DNA of 23,617 nucleotides from Chlamydiales bacterium (lineage in GTDB: Bacteria; Chlamydiota; Chlamydiia; Chlamydiales; JBDQID01), in the NCBI GenBank assembly GCA_047611865.1, contig JBLFWS010000037.1, positions 1 through 23,617 of the forward strand, in the 5' to 3' direction. Each line of letters starts with the position of its first letter. Position 1 is the first letter of the stretch. The notes under the pieces are model-generated. The model was not told where the DNA came from, did no database searches, and saw nothing but the letters and a program-made list of their open reading frames with translations. This document shows positions 16,276-23,617 of the stretch, piece by piece. The position numbers and the translations under genes were made by a program.

Positions 16276-17415
16276 ATGCTTGAAAAGTTTATGAGTTCTG
16301 ATTCGGAAGATACTTTTTTTCAAGAACATTGGGAAAGGTCTCCAATGATTATATTTGGTGAGGACGCGGGGTATTTTCAGGACATACTCACTGATTCAGA
16401 CATCGATTATATCTTATCCTCCTTTATCAGTCTGAAGTTGAAGATTCATGTTTGGGAGGGAGAGAGTTTTGTGCCATCTTTTAGGGTAGATGGGCAAGCG
16501 TACCTGGGTACAAAAGAAGCATATAAAAAGTATGGGGAAGGGAGAGCCGTAGAAATTAGAAATCTCAAAGAATGCTGGCAGCCCGTCAGGGAGAGCTGCA
16601 GTATTTTGGAAAGGGGTATGCGCAGTATCAATACGGAAGGAAGTGCTGTGTTGATTCCATCAGGAGGGCAAGCTTTTTCCAAGATAGAGAAGAGGTCTCA
16701 CACATTTTTTATTCCGATTTTAGGGGAACTTTTTTTAAGGATTTTTTCTTGTCAAGATATTGAAGGAGGCCTTGAAAAGGCCGTTTACAAGGAATTTTCC
16801 TGTAAAGCGGGGGATTTTATTTATATCCCTCCTGGGTATCGCTATGAAGTTAATGAGGCTTTGGATCCGGCACTTCTCCTTCTCCTGTCTTTTGAACAGT
16901 ATACCTGGAAAAGTCTTATCGAAAATGTCCTAGGAAAAGTAGAGGAGAACGAGGGGATTTTGAATAGGCGCATCCCCATGAAATATTTGAAGGGGGGAGC
17001 AGCCAGAGAGTGGAAAGAAGAGGAAGAAGTTTTTTGCTCATTGACGGATTCTTTTCTTGTGAGGGCTGTGCGGGATAACTTGTCCTTGGGGCAGATTGTG
17101 TCCAGTCAGTCTCTTGACAAGAGGCGTTTGGAGGTCGTAAACAGGGTGGAGGAGATCACTTTGGACAGCCTCTTGAAAATGAGAAAAGAATGTTCTTTTT
17201 TCCTTTATACAGATGAAAGAGATTTACAGTGGCTTGTTACAGCTGGACAAACTAAGTGCCTTGTGGAAAGCGAGGAAAGGGAAGCTTTGGATTTTGTTCA
17301 AAGAGCTGGGGAATACAGAGTTAAAGATATTCCGGGTTTTGCAGCGACTCGCCAATGTCTGGATTTCGCAAGGTTTTTACTTTCGCTCGGAGTGGCGGAA
17401 ATGGGGGTAGAGTAA
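16276..17415 (+). CDS. YcfD/NO66-like JmjC protein lacking metal ligands
   Basis: FFQEHWERSPM, GDFIYIPPGYRYEV (no His), FSKIEKRS at the HxD site and a YRVKDIPG tail. Its N-terminus most resembles the 2962 gene. Confidence 0.8.
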   Translation: MLEKFMSSDSEDTFFQEHWERSPMIIFGEDAGYFQDILTDSDIDYILSSFISLKLKIHVWEGESFVPSFRVDGQAYLGTKEAYKKYGEGRAVEIRNLKECWQPVRESCSILERGMRSINTEGSAVLIPSGGQAFSKIEKRSHTFFIPILGELFLRIFSCQDIEGGLEKAVYKEFSCKAGDFIYIPPGYRYEVNEALDPALLLLLSFEQYTWKSLIENVLGKVEENEGILNRRIPMKYLKGGAAREWKEEEEVFCSLTDSFLVRAVRDNLSLGQIVSSQSLDKRRLEVVNRVEEITLDSLLKMRKECSFFLYTDERDLQWLVTAGQTKCLVESEEREALDFVQRAGEYRVKDIPGFAATRQCLDFARFLLSLGVAEMGVE

Positions 17416-18623
17416 TGTCCATGCTTAGTCGCCTTATTCATCCAATGGAGGAAGAAGAATTTTATTCCGTTTACTGGGAGAAAAAGCCTTTTGTCATCCA
17501 TCGGAAGAAAGCGGACTTTTACCAGGATTTACTGACTTTTAACGGCATGGATGAGTTGCTGAGAGACAGGCTTCCGGAGGAAGGGAACAAATTTAGGCTT
17601 ATTTCAGGAGATGAAAATCAAGAGCAGAATCTAGAAAAAGGCTATTCAGGAAGGGTAAATAAAGCGGGCACTGTAAACGATAAGCTTTGTGCTTATGGCT
17701 TGGGAGCTTCAATTATTCTGAACTCTGCGGATGTGTTTTCGGGAGGAGCTTTAGGGAAGTTCTGTCGGCAGTTGGAGGAGGATTTGAAATGCTGTAAGGT
17801 CTTTACCAATGTGTATATGACGCCTGCTAATGCTCAGGGTTTGGAGACTCATGCGGACTTTACAGATGTCTTTGTTTTACAGCTTGGCGGAAAAAAGGTC
17901 TGGAAAATTTACTCATCTATAGAAGAGTCTTTGAATTCGGAGGAGCATGAACATTTCATCAGCAATCCTGGAGAAGTGACGATGGAGTTTGTTCTTGAGG
18001 AAGGCGATGTTCTTTATATTCCCAGAGGGTATGTTCATTCCGCAAGTACAAGGAGTAGCTCTTCTCTTCACGCGACAATGGGGATTATTCGTTTTAGCTG
18101 GGAAGATTTTTTAAAAAGGGTAAAGGATCTTCTTTCCAAAAGAAATTCTATCCTGGCGACACCTGTACCACTCTTTCCTTTTATCGTCGATGCTCCTACC
18201 GACATGCATGACTCTTCTTTAGAAGAAACAGAGAAGCAGTATCGGAGTGCTGTGGAGTCTTTGTTTGACTTGTCAAATTTGAGTCAAGGTTTGGAAGATT
18301 ATCTATTCTGGTTTAAGGGGAGTAGAGAGCCCTCTCTTGAGGGACAGAAAGCTGTGATGGATGGATTGAATAGGCTCTCTCTCGATTCTGATGTCTGTGT
18401 GAGAGATGGTTTTCAATATAATTTTTCCGCTTTAGACGGAGAGTACGTTTTATGGTTTCATGATAAGCATATTTTCCTGTCAGCAGAAGAGTTTGAGGCC
18501 TTCCGTTATCTTGTATCGAGTGAGAGGTGTAAAGTCGGGGAAATTTCCCGTGTTCTCACAGCTGAAAAGAAGTTGGACTTAGTCAAAGATCTTTGTAAGG
18601 AGTGTATTTTACGGCATGTTTAG
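17415..18623 (+). CDS. YcfD/NO66/MINA-like JmjC 2OG oxygenase, triad intact
   Basis: FYSVYWEKKPF, NVYMTP, QGLETHADFTDVFVLQLGGKKVW and GDVLYIPRGYVHSA. TAATG stop/start overlap at 17413-17417; ATG 17421 is an alternative start. Confidence 0.9.
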   Translation: MSMLSRLIHPMEEEEFYSVYWEKKPFVIHRKKADFYQDLLTFNGMDELLRDRLPEEGNKFRLISGDENQEQNLEKGYSGRVNKAGTVNDKLCAYGLGASIILNSADVFSGGALGKFCRQLEEDLKCCKVFTNVYMTPANAQGLETHADFTDVFVLQLGGKKVWKIYSSIEESLNSEEHEHFISNPGEVTMEFVLEEGDVLYIPRGYVHSASTRSSSSLHATMGIIRFSWEDFLKRVKDLLSKRNSILATPVPLFPFIVDAPTDMHDSSLEETEKQYRSAVESLFDLSNLSQGLEDYLFWFKGSREPSLEGQKAVMDGLNRLSLDSDVCVRDGFQYNFSALDGEYVLWFHDKHIFLSAEEFEAFRYLVSSERCKVGEISRVLTAEKKLDLVKDLCKECILRHV

Positions 18624-19494
18624 AAAGCTTTTACAGAAGACAAAGGAAAAATGTTTTATCAGCAGCTTTCAAAAGCAGCTTCCTCTGTTGTTTCAAGATC
18701 ATGAACCTGATGGGTTTTCCTGGCTTATGAGTCAGGAAGATATGAGCCAGATATTTGAAAAGAAAGGATCCCGATATTACAAGATTTTTGTGCCATGTCA
18801 GGGGGCGTTTCGAAGCTTTAATGGTGAGGTGGAAGAGGCTTTGAGAAAGTATGAGGAGGCTTTTCCTGTCTGGATCCGAAATTTGAAAGACAGCCACGCC
18901 CAACTAAGGGAGTTGTGTTTCTCCTTGGATAGAGTGACTTTGTGCAAGGAGAGCTTTGCTTCTCTTGCCTGGATCCCGGAGCAGGCTGAGGAATTTACCT
19001 TTTCTTTGGGTTTATGGGATGCCTTTTACTTGAATATGGAAGGGGAGGTTCAGCTAGAGGTGAGTGTTCCAAAGGATGGGGAAAGTTTTAAGGTTCGAGA
19101 CATTGATCCAGGAGGAAAAGGCTGGGAAAAGGTGAAGGAAATTTCTTTGAGTAAAGGGGAGATGATTTACATCCCTCGCAATAATAGCGTCACCGTAAAG
19201 CCAGCCAAGAATGAAGCCGCTAAAATTATTGTCTTGGGCTTTCTTAGTTACACTTGGGGTGATGTGATTGACAAGGTTTTGTACGTGAAGTCACCTTCGA
19301 AAAAAGAATTGAAGGACTCTGTGCCTACAGAATGGCTGAAGTCTTCACAAATTGTGTCGTCACAGGAAAATGAAGCCGTTATAGAAAAGTTCCACAGGAT
19401 TTTTACCGGACAGCTAAGCTATTCTTTGGCGAAGGCAATCATTCGTAAAGAGATAGCCATAAAGCGTGGAGTTTCCGGAAAAGGGAATAGCTGA
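18616..19494 (+). CDS. Short, highly degenerate JmjC/cupin_4-like protein
   Basis: FISSFQKQLPL, IRNLK, DAFYLNMEG, GEMIYIPRN and SYTW. No metal ligands and no C-terminal winged-helix-like tail. Overlaps the upstream gene by 8 nt. Confidence 0.7.
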   Translation: MFRKLLQKTKEKCFISSFQKQLPLLFQDHEPDGFSWLMSQEDMSQIFEKKGSRYYKIFVPCQGAFRSFNGEVEEALRKYEEAFPVWIRNLKDSHAQLRELCFSLDRVTLCKESFASLAWIPEQAEEFTFSLGLWDAFYLNMEGEVQLEVSVPKDGESFKVRDIDPGGKGWEKVKEISLSKGEMIYIPRNNSVTVKPAKNEAAKIIVLGFLSYTWGDVIDKVLYVKSPSKKELKDSVPTEWLKSSQIVSSQENEAVIEKFHRIFTGQLSYSLAKAIIRKEIAIKRGVSGKGNS

Positions 19495-19508
19495 TACGAG
19501 GAAGGACT

Positions 19509-20384
19509 ATGCTGAATCAATGGATTGATCCTATAGAAGAGGAGGAGTTTTTTAGCCGATATTGGGGAGCCGAAGCTCTTTTGATAAAAGGAGATGGAAA
19601 AGCAAATTTTGCGAATATTTTGTCTGGAAAGGACTTGGAAGAAAAGCTTTCAAGTGGAGCTATTCCTCCTCATTTTATCTATGTGGAAGGAATGGGGGAA
19701 CTTGCAAGAGAGCGCGAGAAGGCTTTTAATGCCAATGAAGAGAATGATGATATTGCTCTTGCCAAGCAGTTAATGAGTTTTTCCAGGTCTTACGAACAAG
19801 GGCTATCTTTGAGATTTCTTGAAGCAGAGGTGTACTGTCCTCTTATAGAGGTATATAAGGCGGGGCTCAGGGAGAAGATTCCATGTAGGGAGATCCTTTC
19901 TTCTCTTATTATAAGTCCTCTACGGGGGCGAGGGATTACGGGGAAGAGCAGAGATAAGGATTTTTTTCTGCTTCAGCTTGAAGGTTCAACAACTTGGGAT
20001 GTACAGGGGAAAATCCAAGGAAAATATAGCTTGGAACCAGGAGATTTCCTCTACCTTCCGGCAGGCTTTTCTTATAGAACTAAAGGGATGGAGGAGAGGT
20101 CTTCGTATATTTGTTTTTCATTGACTCCTTATACTTGGCTTGACTTGATGAAGGAATCGTTGGCGGATTTTTCAGCAGATCCAAAAAAAACTTCGGCCTT
20201 GCCATTTTCTCAGGCATTTACAAGGACCCCCATCGGGGGCAATGAATTGGATGAGGAGACCTTTGATAAAGTTTATAAAGAGAAGATATCCTCTCTTCTG
20301 GAAGATTCGATGCTTGAAAAAGCTTTGTCTAGTCTTTCTCAAGGGGATAGGAGTTATTCTACAAATAAGGATAGGATACAGTGA
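19509..20384 (+). CDS. Short degenerate JmjC/cupin_4-like protein
   Basis: WIDPIEEEEFFSRYW, DFFLLQLEGSTTW, LEPGDFLYLPAGFSY (no His) and YTWLDL. RBS GAGGAAGGA. Confidence 0.78.
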   Translation: MLNQWIDPIEEEEFFSRYWGAEALLIKGDGKANFANILSGKDLEEKLSSGAIPPHFIYVEGMGELAREREKAFNANEENDDIALAKQLMSFSRSYEQGLSLRFLEAEVYCPLIEVYKAGLREKIPCREILSSLIISPLRGRGITGKSRDKDFFLLQLEGSTTWDVQGKIQGKYSLEPGDFLYLPAGFSYRTKGMEERSSYICFSLTPYTWLDLMKESLADFSADPKKTSALPFSQAFTRTPIGGNELDEETFDKVYKEKISSLLEDSMLEKALSSLSQGDRSYSTNKDRIQ

Positions 20385-21334
20385 GGCCACAGGGAATGAA
20401 AAAGATTTTAGTTACCGGAGGAGCCGGCTTTATAGGAAGTAACTTGATTGGACGTTTATTGCCCTTGGGATATGAAGTTATTTGTTTAGATAACTTAAGC
20501 TCCGGGAGTTTGAAGAATATCGAAGAATTTATGGGACATGGGCATTTCCAATTTGTGGAAGGGGATGTAACAGTCCCTTTTAGAAATGACGTAGACTTTA
20601 TATATAATTTAGCTTGTCCTGCTTCCCCGGTAAGTTATCAATCAGACCCTATTCAGACTATGAAGACATCAATACTAGGGACGATGAATATTTTGGACCT
20701 GGCGTGTGCGTGTGGAGCAAAGGTGTTACAGGCTTCGACCTCTGAGGTATATGGAGATCCTGATGTACATCCTCAAGGTGAGAAATACTGGGGTAATGTC
20801 AATCCCATGGGAGTGCGGAGCTGTTATGATGAGGGGAAGCGTGCGGCAGAATCCTTGTGTTTTGATTACTATCGACAGCGTGGAGTAGATGTTCGGGTAG
20901 TACGTATCTTTAATACTTATGGTCAGAAAATGGCTGTGAATGACGGAAGGGCAGTCAGCAATTTTGTAGTCCAGGCTTTAAGAGGGGACGATATTATCAT
21001 CTATGGAGATGGGAAACAGACGCGTTCTTTTTGTTACATAGAGGATATGTTGGACGGTTTTTTAACTGTGATTAATTACGAGGGTAAATTTTTGGGACCT
21101 GTTAACCTCGGGAACCAGGAAGAGGTAAGTATCTTTGAGCTTGCCTGTCTTGTAAAGAAATTGACAGGGTCGGAATCACCTATTGTCCACGTCAAGGCTT
21201 TGGGCGACGATCCCCTTCGCCGTAAACCTCTCCTTGATTTGGTGAAGGACACTTTTAGCTGGGAGGCAAAAGTGTCTTTGAGGGAGGGATTAGAGGATAT
21301 TATCAGGTATTTCCGGAAGCAAGTGATGGTTTAG
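20381..21334 (+). CDS. uxs: UDP-glucuronate decarboxylase (UDP-xylose synthase), extended SDR
   Basis: ILVTGGAGFIGS, YNLACPASP..YQ, ASTSEVYGDP.VHPQ, YWGNVNP.G.RSCYDEGKR, RIFNTYG, QTRSFCY and DDP.RR. Start is GTG 20381 (GTGA overlap) or ATG 20396. Confidence 0.92.
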   Translation: MRPQGMKKILVTGGAGFIGSNLIGRLLPLGYEVICLDNLSSGSLKNIEEFMGHGHFQFVEGDVTVPFRNDVDFIYNLACPASPVSYQSDPIQTMKTSILGTMNILDLACACGAKVLQASTSEVYGDPDVHPQGEKYWGNVNPMGVRSCYDEGKRAAESLCFDYYRQRGVDVRVVRIFNTYGQKMAVNDGRAVSNFVVQALRGDDIIIYGDGKQTRSFCYIEDMLDGFLTVINYEGKFLGPVNLGNQEEVSIFELACLVKKLTGSESPIVHVKALGDDPLRRKPLLDLVKDTFSWEAKVSLREGLEDIIRYFRKQVMV

Positions 21335-21395
21335 CTCGTGTATTAAAATTACGAAACGTGGCTTGGAGCCTTTTTCAGTAATTTTAATAGACGGC
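21335..21395. repeat. Inverted-repeat element filling a convergent intergenic gap (terminator and/or MITE remnant)
   Basis: Perfect core TATTAAAATTAC (21341-21352) / GTAATTTTAATA (21378-21389), an inner GGCT/AGCC stem, and TTAG on both flanks (21331-21334 and 21396-21399). Confidence 0.6.
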
Positions 21396-23471
21396 TTAGA
21401 AACCCGATATGAGGATTTTTGCGGGCATCTTTGTTTCCGATGAAGTAATCATAAATTGAGCGCCTTTATCTTCCAGGCAGGTGGCGGTACAGCAAGCCGT
21501 TAGTCTTCCCATCCACATTTTGAAAGAAATCTCTACGGACGATTTTGGACCGAAGCTGTCAGTCTCTCCGGTGAGTGTCAAGTGGGTAAGATCTTCCTTT
21601 TCGAAGTGAGGGGTCATTTTTGTATTCGCTATAGAGAATTCTTTTTTAGAGAGGAGGCTTTCGAATTGTTCTCGAATTGTTATAGAAGGAATACAGTCAG
21701 GGATAAGTATGAATTTATCTTTTTTAATCTTTTGAAGGATAATTTCGTGAAGTTTTTTTAAACTAAGGCTTTCTGAACCAGGATGGGTTTCTGAGGCTAC
21801 ATACAGTATGTTGCAAGCGTTAAGGAGTCTGTCATTTATTGGGTCAAAATAGACTTTACGTAAATCCTGGAAATATCTTTTGATGTCACTTTTTTTCTTG
21901 TGTGTTTCTATTATAAATTTGCTAAGGATTTGGATGTTTTTCTCATAATCATCGGTTTCAAATGAGTTGTGGAGGCAATCGGCTGCGAGTTCGCATTCTT
22001 TGGCGATAGCTTTATTATTTTCAGGAAGCATTTTACAAGGATATCTTGTGGGCCTGAAGCTTTGTTGGCCTGTAGTACAAGCATGTTGTTTAAGACGAAG
22101 GTAAGGTTTTCCCAAGTACATTGCCAAGCTAGCAGTATTTTGCCCTTCGAATACGGAAGGAAGAGAGGCCTGGTTGAATACGTATTGGTACAATTCAGGC
22201 GGGATATTGTGGAGGGAGAGAATGAGAATTTTTGTTTTTTCGTTTTTTATAAAGCGCTTTATATGGCCTGAGAATTCGTCTAAATTTGCGATACTTAGGG
22301 AGGAAAGGAATTGGACGCTAATGCCGTTATCAGTGATCATTTTTAATGATGCAGAAACTTTTTCGATGTTTTTCTGGGTCATTAGAGTTCTTTCTAGACG
22401 TTCACTGTAGCTTTTAATTAAGAGGGCTAATTGAATTGTCGTTTGGTCTCTGAGACCTTCTGTTTGGTTTTTTTGGAATAGTTCACTATATTCATTTATA
22501 TCAGTTTGTAGGTTAATCTTTAGATCCTCAAAAGCATAGGAAATGGTGGGGCTTCCCATGATGAAATATTGGCTTTGGTCCAAGCAGTACTTAGGGAAGT
22601 TTTTTTCATTTTCTAAAAGTAGTATAACGGTTTTGCCTACTTGACTGTTTTCTTTTTTTTGAGCTTGAAGGATTCCTGCGGTTAGATTGGAAAGGATTTC
22701 TTCTGGTTCTATGTCAACTTGGCCGCCACCCATACTTAGTCCATAGACGGGGCATAATTCGATTTTTTTTTCTTGGACGTAGCCTAATAAAGACTTTGTC
22801 ATTTTTATGCGCAGTTGTTCTTTTTCTTCCGGAAAGTCTTTCTCGATATCTTCCCAATTAATGGCATCTTCTACAGAGGTTGGGTAGCGGAATATATAGT
22901 CGTTGAAGTTGTTGTCGATTCCATAATTTCCACCGAGGTAACAGGTCTCGGCATCTTTAATAAATATGTGATCTTCAATGTACCATTTTGCCGGGAATAC
23001 GTTCAGGAGATACTGGGCATTGAGCATATTTACCAAGGTATCTCGGGGCATGCTTAGGATGAATTCTTGTTTGCTATTGATTTCAAATCCCCCTGCAAAA
23101 GCAAAAGTGCATGGTTCTTTGAAGAGAGGTTTGTTATCGAAATATTCGACGAAGCTTACGGTAGCTTTTGCTATTTTGATAGGGGTAGCGGGATCTTTGA
23201 AAGAAGGGAAAAGTAGCTTGATTTTTTCAATGATAGAAATTCCGCCGTCGTAGACAAGGACAATGTTGATTTCTGCATCGAGCATGATGCTGAGCTGTTT
23301 GATGATATGAGCGCATGAGGATTGGTGTCCCAGCCTTTTGGAGAAATCCATAAGAAAACGAATTTCTTTTTGTTTTTTGAGTTTTTCTAAAAATGATTCA
23401 AAAGTCAGGAAAGCTTTAGTTCGCTCTCTTTCTGAGGCTTGAAGGAGTCTTTGATGTAATTCGCGAAGCAT
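21396..23471 (-). CDS. Large hypothetical protein, probable GT-B fold glycosyltransferase-like
   Basis: N-terminal IRFLMDFSKRLGHQSSCAHIIKQL (strand, GH, helix) and C-lobe HNIPPELYQYVFNQASLPSVFEGQNTASLAMYLGKPYL resemble GT-B/EarP patterns. RBS AAGGA. The CDS is solid; the function is tentative. Confidence 0.55.
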   Translation of the reverse strand: MLRELHQRLLQASERERTKAFLTFESFLEKLKKQKEIRFLMDFSKRLGHQSSCAHIIKQLSIMLDAEINIVLVYDGGISIIEKIKLLFPSFKDPATPIKIAKATVSFVEYFDNKPLFKEPCTFAFAGGFEINSKQEFILSMPRDTLVNMLNAQYLLNVFPAKWYIEDHIFIKDAETCYLGGNYGIDNNFNDYIFRYPTSVEDAINWEDIEKDFPEEKEQLRIKMTKSLLGYVQEKKIELCPVYGLSMGGGQVDIEPEEILSNLTAGILQAQKKENSQVGKTVILLLENEKNFPKYCLDQSQYFIMGSPTISYAFEDLKINLQTDINEYSELFQKNQTEGLRDQTTIQLALLIKSYSERLERTLMTQKNIEKVSASLKMITDNGISVQFLSSLSIANLDEFSGHIKRFIKNEKTKILILSLHNIPPELYQYVFNQASLPSVFEGQNTASLAMYLGKPYLRLKQHACTTGQQSFRPTRYPCKMLPENNKAIAKECELAADCLHNSFETDDYEKNIQILSKFIIETHKKKSDIKRYFQDLRKVYFDPINDRLLNACNILYVASETHPGSESLSLKKLHEIILQKIKKDKFILIPDCIPSITIREQFESLLSKKEFSIANTKMTPHFEKEDLTHLTLTGETDSFGPKSSVEISFKMWMGRLTACCTATCLEDKGAQFMITSSETKMPAKILISGF

Positions 23472-23582
23472 TTCGATAATCCTTAGGCCGTTTTTTAATT
23501 TATTTGGATAAGTCCCTTATAAGTACTTTGTCTGTTTTTTTGTGATTTTTCAATATATTTTTTGGCTTTTCTGAAGGTGGGA

Positions 23583-23612
23583 TTGTCAATAGCAGGGCAA
23601 TCGCATTATAAT
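23583..23612 (+). promoter_or_regulatory. Candidate sigma70-type promoter pointing out of the window
   Basis: TTGTCA-18 nt-TATAAT in an AT-rich intergenic region. Motif match only. Confidence 0.35.
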
Positions 23613-23617
23613 AATTT

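Noticed and set aside
2036..20384. Degenerate oxygenases interpreted as 2OG-dependent halogenases
   Set aside because: Halogenases replace only the carboxylate ligand (HxA/G) and keep both His residues. These copies lose the first His, and the JmjC copies lose both.
20381..21334. dTDP-glucose 4,6-dehydratase or an LPS O-antigen cluster
   Set aside because: The LACPASP, YWGNVNP and CYDEGKR motifs are UXS-type, and no flippase, polymerase or rml genes are present.

Overview
AT-rich bacterial window dominated by an ~22-kb island of putative modification enzymes. It holds 13 double-stranded beta-helix (2OG/Fe(II) oxygenase or JmjC-cupin) domains in 12 genes from three families: 5 DUF6445-like, 6 YcfD/NO66-like JmjC and 2 phage-type. 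Only 4 of the 13 keep a readable HxD...H iron triad, and degenerate copies are often paired in tandem with intact ones. Interleaved are a vitamin K-dependent gamma-carboxylase-like HTTM membrane protein, two tandem TIGR03032/DUF4915 proteins, a UDP-glucuronate decarboxylase, an EarP-like GT-B glycosyltransferase candidate, a maltokinase/APH-fold pseudokinase and a PI4K-like kinase. No substrate or precursor peptide is visible. The left end is a disrupted IS5-family (IS903 group) element that seems to contain REP-like hairpins and a GxxExxY gene. Three small inverted-repeat elements with flanking direct repeats (41, 115 and 61 bp) lie in intergenic gaps. All family calls come from motifs recognised by eye; no database search was run.
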